Assembly (NCBI GenBank): GCA_964016885.1 | Contig: OZ024744.1 | Span: 17,608,001 to 17,672,000 of the forward strand | Reading direction: 5' to 3' | Source: Eledone cirrhosa | Lineage: Eukaryota | Length of the DNA stretch: 64,000 bases | Shown here: positions 40,951 to 55,050 of the stretch, piece after piece | Layout of the letters: the number at the start of each line of letters is the position of its first letter | Numbering within the stretch: position 1 is the stretch's first letter | Notes under the pieces: generated by a model | Told to the model about the DNA's origin: nothing | Databases searched by the model: none | What the model saw: only the letters and a program-made list of their open reading frames with translations | Program-made: the position numbers and the translations under genes

Positions 40951-43900
40951 CTCGTAGGAAAAGAGTTGAGACAGCAATGACGGCTGGAGTCCCGTAAGAC
41001 TTGAGTTGAGACAACAATGACGGGTGGAGCCCCGTAAGATTGGATTTGAGACAGTAATGATGGCTGGAGACCCGTAGGACAGGAGTTGAGACATCAACGA
41101 CGACTGCAGTCCCGTAGGAGAGGAGTTGAGACAACAATAACGGATGGAGTCCCGTAAGACTCGAACTGAGACAACAATGAAGTCTGGAGCCCCGTCATTC
41201 AGGACTTGAGACTGCAATGACAGTTAGTGCACCGTAAGACAGGAGTTGAGACTGCAATAATGGATGGTGCCCAGTAAGACTGGAGTTGAGACAGAAATAA
41301 CGGATGGAGCCCGTAAGAAAGGAGTTGATACAAGAATGACGGCTGGAGCCCCGTAAGATTGGAGTTGAGACAGTAATGATGGCTGGAGACCCTTTGGACA
41401 GGAGTTGAGACAACAACGACGACTGGAGTCCCGTAGGAGAGGAGTCGAGACAACAATAACGGATGGAGTCCCGTAAGACTCGAACTGAGACAACAATGAA
41501 GTCTGGAGCCCCGTAATTCAGGACTTGAGACTGCAATGACAGTTAGTGCACAGTAAGACAGGAGTTGAGACTGCAATAATGGCTGGTGCCCCGTAAGACA
41601 GGAGTTGAGACAACAATGACAGCTGGAGCCCCGTAAGACAGGAGCTTAGAAAACAATGACGGCTGGATCCCCGTACGACAGGAGTTGAGACAGCAATGAA
41701 GGCTGGAGACCCGTAAGACAGGAGATGAGACAACAACGACGACTGGAGCTTCGTAGGACAGGAGTTGAGACAACAATGACGGCTGGAGTCCCGTAAGACT
41801 TGAGTTGAGACAACAAGGACGGCTGGAGCCCCGTAAGACTTGAGTTGAGACAGCAATGACGGCTGGAGCCTCGTAAGACTTGAGTTGAGACAACAATGAC
41901 GGCTGCAGCTCCATAAGACAGGAGTTAAGACAGTAATGACGGCTGAAGTGCCGTAAGACGGGAATTGATAAACAATGACGGCTGGAGCCCCAAATGTCAG
42001 GAGTTGAGACAACAATGACGCCTGGATCCCTGTAGGACAGAAGTTGAGATAGCAATGACGGCTGGTGCCCCATATGACAGGAGTGAGACAACAATGACGG
42101 CTGGGGTACCATAAGACAGGAGTTGAGACAACAATGCCGGCTGGAGCCCCGTAAGACAGGGGTTTAGACAACAATGACAGCTGGAGCCCCGCAAGACAGG
42201 AGCTTAGAAAACAATGACGGCTGGATCCCCGTACGACAGGAGTTGAGACAGCAATGAAGGCTGGAGACCCGTAAGACAGGAGATGAGACAACAACGACGA
42301 CTGGAGCTTCGTAGGACAGGAGTTGAGACAACAATGACGGCTGGAGTCCCGTAAGACTTGAGTTGAGACAACAAGGACGGCTGGAGCCCCGTAAGACTTG
42401 AGTTGAGACAGCAATGACGGCTGGAGCCTCGTAAGACTTGAGTTGAGACAACAATGACGGCTGCAGCTCCATAAGACAGGAGTTAAGACAGTAATGACGG
42501 CTGAAGTGCCGTAAGACGGGAATTGATAAACAATGACGGCTGGAGCCCCAAATGTCAGGAGTTGAGACAACAATGACGCCTGGATCCCTGTAGGACAGAA
42601 GTTGAGATAGCAATGACGGCTGGTGCCCCATATGACAGGAGTGAGACAACAATGACGGCTGAGGTACCATAAGACAGGAGTTGAGACAACAATGCCGGCT
42701 GGAGCCCCGTAAGACAGGAGTTGAGACAACAATGACGGCTGGAGCCCCGTAACACAGGAGGTGTGACAGCAATGACAGTTAGTGTACCGTAAGACAGGAG
42801 TTGAGACAACATTGACGGCTGGAGACCAGTAAGACAGGAGATGAGACAACAATGATGGCTGGAGTCCCGTAAGATTGGAGTTTAGACAGTAATGACGGCT
42901 GGAGACCCGTAGGACAGGAGTTGAGACAACAACGACGACTGGAGTCCCGTAGGACAGGAGTTGAGACAACAATGATGGCTGGAGACCCGTAAGACTCGAG
43001 CTGAGACAACAATGACGTCTGGAGCCCCGTAATTTAGGACTTGAGACAGCAATGACAGTTAGTGCACCGTAAGACGGGAGTTGAGTCTGCAATGATGGCT
43101 GGTGCCCAGTAAGACTGGAGTTGAGACAGCAATGACGGCTGGAGCCCCGTAAGACAGGAGTTGAGACAACAATGACAGCTGGAGCCCCGTATGACAGGAG
43201 TTGAGACAACAATGACGGCTGGAGCCCCGTACGACAGGAGATGAGACAACAACGACGACTGGATCCTCGTAGAAGAGGAGTTGAGACAACAATGACGGCT
43301 GGAGCCCCGTACGACAAGAGTTGAGACAGCAATGAAGGCTGGAGACCCGTAAGACAGGAGATGAGACAACAATGACGGCTGGAGCCTCGTAGGAAAAGAG
43401 TTGAGACAGCAATGACGGCTGGAGTCCCGTAAGACTTGAGTTGAGACAACAATGACGGGTGGAGCCCCGTAAGATTGGATTTGAGACAGTAATGATGGCT
43501 GGAGACCCGTAGGACAGGAGTTGAGACATCAACGACGACTGCAGTCCCGTAGGAGAGGAGTTGAGACAACAATAACGGATGGAGTCCCGTAAGACTCGAA
43601 CTGAGACAACAATGAAGTCTGGAGCCCCGTCATTCAGGACTTGAGACTGCAATGACAGTTAGTGCACCGTAAGACAGGAGTTGAGACTGCAATAATGGCT
43701 GGTGCCCAGTAAGACTGGAGTTGAGACAGAAATAACGGATGGAGCCCGTAAGAAAGGAGTTGATACAAGAATGACGGCTGGAGCCCCGTAAGATTGGAGT
43801 TGAGACAGTAATGATGGCTGGAGACCCTTTGGACAGGAGTTGAGACAACAACGACGACTGGAGTCCCGTAGGAGAGGAGTCGAGACAACAATAACGGATG

Positions 43901-46900
43901 GAGTCCCGTAAGACTCGAACTGAGACAACAATGAAGTCTGGAGCCCCGTAATTCAGGACTTGAGACTGCAATGACAGTTAGTGCACAGTAAGACAGGAGT
44001 TGAGACTGCAATAATGGCTGGTGCCCCGTAAGACAGGAGTTGAGACAACAATGACAGCTGGAGCCCCGTAAGACAGGAGCTTAGAAAACAATGACGGCTG
44101 GATCCCCGTACGACAGGAGTTGAGACAGCAATGAAGGCTGGAGACCCGTAAGACAGGAGATGAGACAACAACGACGACTGGAGCTTCGTAGGACAGGAGT
44201 TGAGACAACAATGACGGCTGGAGTCCCGTAAGACTTGAGTTGAGACAACAAGGACGGCTGGAGCCCCGTAAGACTTGAGTTGAGACAGCAATGACGGCTG
44301 GAGCCTCGTAAGACTTGAGTTGAGACAACAATGACGGCTGCAGCTCCATAAGACAGGAGTTAAGACAGTAATGACGGCTGAAGTGCCGTAAGACGGGAAT
44401 TGATAAACAATGACGGCTGGAGCCCCAAATGTCAGGAGTTGAGACAACAATGACGCCTGGATCCCTGTAGGACAGAAGTTGAGATAGCAATGACGGCTGG
44501 TGCCCCATATGACAGGAGTGAGACAACAATGACGGCTGAGGTACCATAAGACAGGAGTTGAGACAACAATGCCGGCTGGAGCCCCGTAAGACAGGAGTTG
44601 AGACAACAATGACGGCTGGAGCCCCGTAACACAGGAGGTGTGACAGCAATGACAGTTAGTGTACCGTAAGACAGGAGTTGAGACAACATTGACGGCTGGA
44701 GACCAGTAAGACAGGAGATGAGACAAAAATGACCACTGGAGTCCCGTAAAACTCATGCGGAGACAATGACGGCTGGAGCCACGTGAGACAGGTGTTGAGA
44801 CAGCAATGATGGCTGGTGCCCAGTAAGACTGGAGTTGAGACAGCAATGACGGATGGAGCCCGTAAGAGAGGAGTTGAGACAAGAATGACGGCTGGAGCCC
44901 CGTAAGACATGAGTTGAGACAACAATGACGGCTGGAGCCCCGTAAGACAGGAGTTGAGACACCAATGACGGCTGGAGCCCCGGAAAACTGGAGTTGAAAC
45001 AGCAATGAAGGCTGGAGACCCGTAAGACAGGAGATGAGACAACAATGACGGCTGGAGATCCCTAAGACAGGAGTTGAGAAAGCAATGACGGCTGGAGCCC
45101 CGTAAGACAGGAGTTGAGACACCAATGACGGCTGGAGCCCCGTAAGACAGGAGTTGAGACACCAATGACGGCTGGAGCCCCGTAAGACAGGAGTTGAGAC
45201 ACCAATGACGGCTGGAGCCCCGTAAGATTGGAGTTGAGACAGCAATGACGGCTGGAGGCGCGTAAGACATGAGTTGAGACAACAATGGCGGCTGGAGTCC
45301 CGGAAAACTGGAGTTGAAACAGCAAGTACGGCTGGAGCCCCGTAAGACAGGAGGTGAGACAACAATGACGGCTGGAGCCCTGTAAGACAGGAGTTGTGGC
45401 AGCTATGACAGCTAGTGCACTATAAAACAGGAGTTGAGACAACAATAACGGCTGGTGACCCGTAAGTCTTGAGTTGAGCCAGCAATGATGGCTGGAGCCC
45501 GTAATACAGGAGTTGAGACACCAATGACAGCTGGAGCCCCGTAAGACTGGAGTTGAGACAGCAATGACGGCTGGAGCCCCGGAAAACTGGAGTTGAAACA
45601 GCAATGACCTCTGGAGATCCCTAAAACAGTAGTTGACAAAGCAATGACGTCTGGAGCCCCGTGAGACAGCAGTTGAAACAACAATGACAGCTGGAGCCCC
45701 GTAAGACAGGAGCAGAGACAACAATGAAAGCTGGAGCCCCGTACGACAGGAGATGAGACAACAATGACGGCTGGAGTCCCGGAAGATTGGAGTTGAGACA
45801 GTAATGATGGCTGGAGACCCGTAGGAGAGGAGTTGAGACAACAATAACGGATGGAGTCCCGTAAGATTCGAACTGAGACAACAATGAAGTCTGGAGCCCC
45901 GTAATTCAGGACTTGAGACTGCAATGAGAGTTAGTGCACCGTAAGACAGGAGTTGAGACTGCAATAATGGCTGGTGCCCAGGAAGACTGGAGTTGAGACA
46001 GAAATGACGGCTGGAACCCCGTAAGACAGGAGTTGAGACAACAATGACAGCTGGAGCCCCGTAAGACAGGAGTTGAGACAACAATGACAGCTGGAGCCCC
46101 GTAAGACAGGAGTTGAGACAACAATGACAGCTGGAGCCCCGTAAGACAGGAGCTTAGACAACAGTGACGGCTGGAGCCCCGTACGACAGGAGTTGAGACA
46201 GCAATGAAGGCTGGAGCTCCGTAAGACAGGAGATGAGACAACAACGACGACTGGAGCTTCGTAGGACCGGAGTTGAGACAACAATGACGGCTTGAGTCCC
46301 GTAAGACTTGAGTTGAGACAACAAGGACGGCTGGAGCCCCGTAAGACTTGAGGTGAGACAACAATGATGGCTGGAGCCCCGTAAGACAGGAGTTTAGAAA
46401 GCAATGACGACTGGAGTCGCGTAAGAATCGAGTTGAGACAACAATGACGGCCGGAGCCCTGTAAGACAGGATTTGTGACAGCAATGACAGCTAGTTCACT
46501 ATAAAACAGGAGTTGAGACAACAATAACGGCTGGAGTCCCGAAAGACTTGAGTTGAGACAGCAATGACAGCTGGAGCCCCGTGGGACAGTAGTTGAGACA
46601 ACAATGACGGCTGGAGGCCCATATGACAGGAGTTGAGACAACAATGACGGCTGGAGTACCGTAAGACAGGAGTTGAGACAACAATGACGGCTGGAGCCCT
46701 GTAAGACAGGAGTTGTGACAGCAATGACAGCTAGTTCACTATAAAACAGGAGTTGAGACAACAATAACGGCTGGAGTCCCGAAAGACTTTAGTTGAGACA
46801 GCAATGATGGCTGGAGCGCCGTAATTCAGGAGTTGAGACAACAATGAAGGCTGGAGCCCCGTAAGATTGGAGTTTAGACAGTAATGACGGCTGGAGACCC

Positions 46901-49900
46901 GTAGGACAGGAGTTGAGACAACAATGATGGCTGGAGTCCCGTAAGATTGGAGTTTAGACAGTAATGACGGCTGGAGACCCGTAGGACAGGAGTTGAGACA
47001 ACAACGACGACTGGAGTCCCGTAGGACAGGAGTTGAGACAACAATGATGGCTGGAGACCCGTAAGACTCGAGCTGAGACAACAATGACGTCTGGAGCCCC
47101 GTAATTTAGGACTTGAGACAGCAATGACAGTTAGTGCACCGTAAGACGGGAGTTGAGTCTGCAATGATGGCTGGTGCCCAGTAAGACTGGAGTTGAGACA
47201 GCAATGACGGCTGGAGCCCCGTAAGACAGGAGTTGAGACAACAATGACAGCTGGAGCCCCGTATGACAGGAGTTGAGACAACAATGACGGCTGGAGCCCC
47301 GTACGACAGGAGATGAGACAACAACGACGACTGGATCCTCGTAGAAGAGGAGTTGAGACAACAATGACGGCTGGAGCCCCGTACGACAAGAGTTGAGACA
47401 GCAATGAAGGCTGGAGACCCGTAAGACAGGAGATGAGACAACAATGACGGCTGGAGCCCCGTAAGACAGGAGTTGAGACACCAATGACGGCTGGAGCCCC
47501 GTAAGACAGGAGTTGAGACACCAATGACGGCTGGAGCCCCGTAAGACAGGAGTTGAGACACCAATGACGGCTGGAGCCCCGTAAGATTGGAGTTGAGACA
47601 GCAATGACGGCTGGAGGCGCGTAAGACATGAGTTGAGACAACAATGGCGGCTGGAGTCCCGGAAAACTGGAGTTGAAACAGCAAGTACGGCTGGAGCCCC
47701 GTAAGACAGGAGGTGAGACAACAATGACGGCTGGAGCCCTGTAAGACAGGAGTTGTGGCAGCTATGACAGCTAGTGCACTATAAAACAGGAGTTGAGACA
47801 ACAATAACGGCTGGTGACCCGTAAGTCTTGAGTTGAGCCAGCAATGATGGCTGGAGCCCGTAATACAGGAGTTGAGACACCAATGACAGCTGGAGCCCCG
47901 TAAGACTGGAGTTGAGACAGCAATGACGGCTGGAGCCCCGGAAAACTGGAGTTGAAACAGCAATGACCTCTGGAGATCCCTAAAACAGTAGTTGACAAAG
48001 CAATGACGTCTGGAGCCCCGTGAGACAGCAGTTGAAACAACAATGACAGCTGGAGCCCCGTAAGACAGGAGCAGAGACAACAATGAAAGCTGGAGCCCCG
48101 TACGACAGGAGATGAGACAACAATGACGGCTGGAGTCCCGGAAGATTGGAGTTGAGACAGTAATGATGGCTGGAGACCCGTAGGAGAGGAGTTGAGACAA
48201 CAATAACGGATGGAGTCCCGTAAGATTCGAACTGAGACAACAATGAAGTCTGGAGCCCCGTAATTCAGGACTTGAGACTGCAATGAGAGTTAGTGCACCG
48301 TAAGACAGGAGTTGAGACTGCAATAATGGCTGGTGCCCAGGAAGACTGGAGTTGAGACAGAAATGACGGCTGGAACCCCGTAAGACAGGAGTTGAGACAA
48401 CAATGACAGCTGGAGCCCCGTAAGACAGGAGTTGAGACAACAATGACAGCTGGAGCCCCGTAAGACAGGAGTTGAGACAACAATGACAGCTGGAGCCCCG
48501 TAAGACAGGAGCTTAGACAACAGTGACGGCTGGAGCCCCGTACGACAGGAGTTGAGACAGCAATGAAGGCTGGAGCTCCGTAAGACAGGAGATGAGACAA
48601 CAACGACGACTGGAGCTTCGTAGGACCGGAGTTGAGACAACAATGACGGCTTGAGTCCCGTAAGACTTGAGTTGAGACAACAAGGACGGCTGGAGCCCCG
48701 TAAGACTTGAGGTGAGACAACAATGATGGCTGGAGCCCCGTAAGACAGGAGTTTAGAAAGCAATGACGACTGGAGTCGCGTAAGAATCGAGTTGAGACAA
48801 CAATGACGGCCGGAGCCCTGTAAGACAGGATTTGTGACAGCAATGACAGCTAGTTCACTATAAAACAGGAGTTGAGACAACAATAACGGCTGGAGTCCCG
48901 AAAGACTTGAGTTGAGACAGCAATGACAGCTGGAGCCCCGTGGGACAGTAGTTGAGACAACAATGACGGCTGGAGGCCCATATGACAGGAGTTGAGACAA
49001 CAATGACGGCTGGAGTACCGTAAGACAGGAGTTGAGACAACAATGACGGCTGGAGCCCCGTAAGACATGAGTTGAGACAGCAATGACGGCTGGAGCCCCG
49101 TGAGACATGAGTTGAGACAACAATGACGGCTGGAGCCCCGAAAGACAGGAGTTGAGACAGCAATGATGGCTGGAGTCCCATAAGAGTCGAGTTGAGACAA
49201 CAATGACGGCTGGAGCCCTGTAAGACAGGAGTTGTGACAGCAATGACAGCTAGTTCACTATAAAACAGGAGTTGAGACAACAATAACGGCTGGAGTCCCG
49301 AAAGACTTTAGTTGAGACAGCAATGATGGCTGGAGCGCCGTAATTCAGGAGTTGAGACAACAATGAAGGCTGGAGCCCCGTAAGATTGGAGTTTAGACAG
49401 TAATGACGGCTGGAGACCCGTAGGACAGGAGTTGAGACAACAATGATGGCTGGAGTCCCGTAAGATTGGAGTTTAGACAGTAATGACGGCTGGAGACCCG
49501 TAGGACAGGAGTTGAGACAACAACGACGACTGGAGTCCCGTAGGACAGGAGTTGAGACAACAATGATGGCTGGAGACCCGTAAGACTCGAGCTGAGACAA
49601 CAATGACGTCTGGAGCCCCGTAATTTAGGACTTGAGACAGCAATGACAGTTAGTGCACCGTAAGACGGGAGTTGAGTCTGCAATGATGGCTGGTGCCCAG
49701 TAAGACTGGAGTTGAGACAGCAATGACGGCTGGAGCCCCGTAAGACAGGAGTTGAGACAACAATGACAGCTGGAGCCCCGTATGACAGGAGTTGAGACAA
49801 CAATGACGGCTGGAGCCCCGTACGACAGGAGATGAGACAACAACGACGACTGGATCCTCGTAGAAGAGGAGTTGAGACAACAATGACGGCTGGAGCCCCG

Positions 49901-51204
49901 TACGACAAGAGTTGAGACAGCAATGAAGGCTGGAGACCCGTAAGACAGGAGATGAGACAACAATGACGGCTGGAGCCTCGTAGGAAAAGAGTTGAGACAG
50001 CAATGACGGCTGGAGTCCCGTAAGACTTGAGTTGAGACAACAATGACGGGTGGAGCCCCGTAAGATTGGATTTGAGACAGTAATGATGGCTGGAGACCCG
50101 TAGGACAGGAGTTGAGACATCAACGACGACTGCAGTCCCGTAGGAGAGGAGTTGAGACAACAATAACGGATGGAGTCCCGTAAGACTCGAACTGAGACAA
50201 CAATGAAGTCTGGAGCCCCGTCATTCAGGACTTGAGACTGCAATGACAGTTAGTGCACCGTAAGACAGGAGTTGAGACTGCAATAATGGCTGGTGCCCAG
50301 TAAGACTGGAGTTGAGACAGAAATAACGGATGGAGCCCGTAAGAAAGGAGTTGATACAAGAATGACGGCTGGAGCCCCGTAAGATTGGAGTTGAGACAGT
50401 AATGATGGCTGGAGACCCTTTGGACAGGAGTTGAGACAACAACGACGACTGGAGTCCCGTAGGAGAGGAGTCGAGACAACAATAACGGATGGAGTCCCGT
50501 AAGACTCGAACTGAGACAACAATGAAGTCTGGAGCCCCGTAATTCAGGACTTGAGACTGCAATGACAGTTAGTGCACCGTAAGACAGGAGTTGAGACTGC
50601 AATAATGGCTGGTGCCCCGTAAGACAGGAGTTGAGACAACAATGACAGCTGGAGCCCCGTAAGACAGGAGCTTAGAAAACAATGACGGCTGGATCCCCGT
50701 ACGACAGGAGTTGAGACAGCAATGAAGGCTGGAGACCCGTAAGACAGGAGATGAGACAACAACGACGACTGGAGCTTCGTAGGACAGGAGTTGAGACAAC
50801 AATGACGGCTGGAGTCCCGTAAGACTTGAGTTGAGACAACAAGGACGGCTGGAGCCCCGTAAGACTTGAGTTGAGACAGCAATGACGGCTGGAGCCTCGT
50901 AAGACTTGAGTTGAGACAACAATGACGGCTGCAGCTCCATAAGACAGGAGTTAAGACAGTAATGACGGCTGAAGTGCCGTAAGACGGGAATTGATAAACA
51001 ATGACGGCTGGAGCCCCAAATGTCAGGAGTTGAGACAACAATGACGCCTGGATCCCTGTAGGACAGAAGTTGAGATAGCAATGACGGCTGGTGCCCCATA
51101 TGACAGGAGTGAGACAACAATGACGGCTGGGGTACCATAAGACAGGAGTTGAGACAACAATGCCGGCTGGAGCCCCGTAAGACAGGGGTTTAGACAACAA
51201 TGAC
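36057..51204. repeat. Direct duplication of about 6.1 kb at offset 9026 bp (about 36057-42178 and 45083-51204)
   Basis: ORF pairs 36386/45412, 38080/47106, 39264/48290, 40224/49250 and 41195/50221 are all offset by 9026 with near-identical translations. The rare variant GGGGTTTAGAC at about 42159/51185 marks the right end. Confidence 0.9.
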
Positions 51205-54200
51205 CGCTGGAGCCCCGTAACACAGGAGGTGTGACAGCAATGACAGTTAGTGCACCGTAAGACAGGAGTTGAGACAACATTGACGGCTGGAGACCAGTAA
51301 GACAGGAGATGAGACAAAAATGACCACTGGAGTCCCGTAAAACTCATGCGGAGACAATGACGGCTGGAGCCACGTGAGACAGGTGTTGAGACAGCAATGA
51401 TGGCTGGTGCCCAGTAAGACTGGAGTTGAGACAGCAATGACGGATGGAGCCCGTAAGAGAGGAGTTGAGACAAGAATGACGGCTGGAGCCCCGTAAGACA
51501 TGAGTTGAGACAACAATGACGGCTGGAGCCCCGTAAGACAGGAGTTGAGACACCAATGACGGCTGGAGCCCCGGAAAACTGGAGTTGAAACAGCAATGAA
51601 GGCTGGAGACCCGTAAGACAGGAGATGAGACAACAATGACGGCTGGAGATCCCTAAGACAGGAGTTGAGAAAGCAATGACGGCTGGAGTCCCGTGAGACA
51701 GCAGTGGAAACAACAATGACAGCTGGAGCTCCCTAAGACAGGAGCTGAGACAACAATGAAAGCTGGAGCCCCGTACGACAGGAGTTGAGACAGCAATGAA
51801 TGCTGGAGACCCGTAAGACAGGAGATGAGACAACAATGACGGCTGGAGCCCCGTAAGACAGGAGTTGAGACAGCAATGACGGCTGGAGCTCTGTAAGACT
51901 AGATTTGAGACAACAATGATGGCTGGAGCCCAGTAAGACAGAAGTTGAGACAGCAATGACGGCTGGAGCCCCGTAAGTCTTGAGTTGAGACAACAATGCC
52001 GGCTGGAGCCCCGTAAAACAGGAGTTAAAACAGTAATGACGGCTGTAGTGCCGTAAGTCAGGAATTGATACAACAATGACGGCTGGAGTCCCGAATGACA
52101 GGAGTTGTGACAGCAATGACAGTTAGTGCACCGTAAGACAGGAGTTGAGACAACATTGACGGCTGGAGACCAGTAAGACAGGAGATGAGACAACAATGAC
52201 GGCTGGAGTACCGTAAGACTTGAGTTGAGAAAGCAATGATGGCTGGAGCCCTGTATTTCAGGAGTTGAGACAACAATGACGGCTAGATCCCCGTAAGACA
52301 GGAGTTGAGACAACAATGACAGCTGGAGCCCCGTATGACAGGAGTTGAGACAACAATGACGGCTGGAGTCCCGAACGACAGAAGTTGAGACAGCAACGAA
52401 GGCTGGAAACCCGTAAAACAGGAGATGAGACAACAACAACGACTGGAGCCTCGTAGGACAGGAGTTGAGACAACAATGACGGCAGGAGTCCCGTAAGACG
52501 CGAGCTGAGACAACAATGACGTCTGGAGACCCGTAAGATAGGAGTTGAGACAACAATGACGACTGGATCCCCGTAACACAGAAGTTGTGACAGCAATGAC
52601 AGTTAGTGCACCATAAGACAGGAGTTGAGACAACAATGACGGCTGGAGCCCCGTATGAATGGAAATGATACAACAATGACGGCTGGAACCCCGAATAACA
52701 GGAGTTGAGACAACAATGTCTCCTGGATCCCTGTAGGACAGGAGTTGAGACAGCAATGACGGCTGGAGCCCCGTGGGACAGGAGTTGAGACAACAATGAT
52801 GGCTGGAGCCCCATATGACAGGAGTTGAGACAAAGGTGACGGCTGGTGTATCGTAAGAGAGGAGTTGAGACAACAATAACGGCTGGAGCCCCGTAAGACA
52901 GGAGTTGAGACAACAATGACGGCTGGAGCCCCGTAAGACAGGAGTTGAGACAAAAATTACGGCTGAAGCCCCGGAAAACTGGAGTTGAAACAGCAATGAC
53001 GGCTCGAGCCCCGTAAGACATGAGTTGAGACAACAATGAGAGCTGGAGCCCCGTATAACCGGAGTTGAGACAACAATGACGGCTGGAGCCCCGTACGACA
53101 GGAGTTGAGACAGCAATGAAGGCTGGAAACCCGTAAGACAGGAGATGAGACAACAACGACGACTGGAGCCTCGTAGGACAGGAGTTGAGACAACAATGAC
53201 GGCTGGAGTCCCGTAAGACTTGAGTTGAGACAACAATGACGGCTGGAGCCCCGTAAGATTGGAGTTGAGACAGCAATGACGGCTGAAATGTCGTAGGACA
53301 GGAATTGATACAACATGACGACTGGAGCCCCATATGACAGGAGTTGAGACAACAATGATGCCTGGATCCCTGTAGGACATGATTTGTGACAGCAATGACG
53401 GCTGGAGCCCCGTGGGACAGGATTTGTGACAACAATGACGGCTGGAGCCCCATATGACAGGAGTTGAGACAACAATGACGGCTGATGGACCGTAAGGCAG
53501 GAGTTGAGACAACAATGACGGCTGGAGCCCCATAACACTGGAGGTGTGACAGCAATGAGAGTTAGTGCACCGTAAGACAGGAGTTGAGACAACATTGACG
53601 GCTGCAGACCAGTAAGACAGGTGATGAGACAACAATGACGGCTGGAGTCCCGTAAAACTCATGTTGAGACAATGACGGCTGGAGCCACGTGAGACAGGAT
53701 TTGAGACAGCAATGGTGGCTGGAGCCCGGTATGATTGGAGTTGAGACAGCAATGACGGATGGAGCCCCGTAAGATTGGAGTTGAGACAGCAGTGACGGCG
53801 GGAGGCGCGTAAGACATGAGTTGAGACGGCAATGACGGCTGAAGCCCCGGAAAACTGGAGTTGAAACAGCAATGACGGCTGGTGCACCTTAAGACATGAG
53901 TTGAGACAACAATGACGGCTGGAGCCCCGTAAGACAGGAGTTGAGACAGCAAAGACGGTTGGAGCCATGTAAGATAGGTGTTGTGGCAGCAATGACAGCT
54001 AGCGCACTATAAAACAGGAGTTGAGACAACAATAACGGCTGGAGTCCCGAAAGACTTGTGTTGAGACAGCAATGATGCCTGGAGCCCCGTAATTCAGGAG
54101 TTGAGACTACAATGACGGCTGGAGCCCCGTAAGATTTGAGTTGAGTCAACAACGACGACTGGAGCCTCGTAGGACAGGAGTTGAGACAACAATGACGGCT

Positions 54201-55050
54201 GTAGTCCCGTAAGACTTGAGTTGAGACAACAATGACGGCTGGTGTCCCGTAAGACAGGAGTTAAGACAGTAATGACGGCTGGAGCCCCTGAATGACAGGA
54301 GTTGAGACAACAATGACGCTTGGATCCCTGTAGGACAGGATTTGAGACAGCAATGACGGCTGGAGCCCCGTGGGACAGTAGTTGAGACAACAATGACGGC
54401 TGGAGCCCCATATGACAGCAGTTGAGGCAACAGTGACGGCTGGTGTACCGTAAGACAGGAGTTGAGACAGCAATGACAGTTAGTGCACCGTAAGACAGGA
54501 ATTGAGACAACATTGACGGCTGACGACCAGTAAGACAGGAGATGAGACAACAATGACGGCTGGAGTCCCGTAAAACTCATGTTGAGATAATGACGGCTGG
54601 AGCCACGTGAGACAGGAGTTGAGACAGCAATGATGGTTGGTGCCCCGTAAGACTGGAGTTGAGACAGCAATGACGGATGGAGCCCCGTAAGACAGGAGTT
54701 GAGACAACAATGACGACTGAAACCCAGTAAGACAGGATTTAAGACAGCAATGACCGCTGGGGCCCCGTAAGATTGAAGTTGACACAGCAATAACGGCTGG
54801 AGGCGTGTAAGACATGAATTGAGACAGCTATGACGGCTGGAGCCCCGGAAAACTGGAGTTGAAACAGCAATGACGGCTGGAGCCCCGTAATACATGATTT
54901 GAGACAACAATCACGGCTTGAGCCCCGTAAGACAGGAGTTGAGACAGCAATGACGGTTGGAGCCCTGTAAGACAGGAGTTGTCGCAGCAATGACAGTTAG
55001 TGCACTATAAAACAGGAGTTGAGACAACAATAACGGCTGGAGTCCCGTAA

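Larger units (their letters stand above)
24131..55050. repeat. Domain 2 of the 40-bp satellite: sub-family with a homogeneous higher-order-repeat core (about 32-51.7 kb) and diverged flanks
   Basis: Diagnostic variants GTTAGTGCAC (first about 24978, last about 54996), CACTATAAAAC and AAAACTCATG(TT/CG)GAGACAAT occur only in this interval. Identical ORF translations recur at fixed offsets, e.g. 33867/36386/38745/45412/47771. Confidence 0.85.

Noticed and set aside
50544-53555. 1003-aa minus-strand ORF (also the 684, 569, 496 and 470 aa ORFs and the rest of the track)
   Set aside because: The minus-strand consensus lacks stops, so long ORFs are expected. They overlap in all three frames, mostly start at TTG-type codons, read through indels, have a period not divisible by 3, and contain no recognisable domain.
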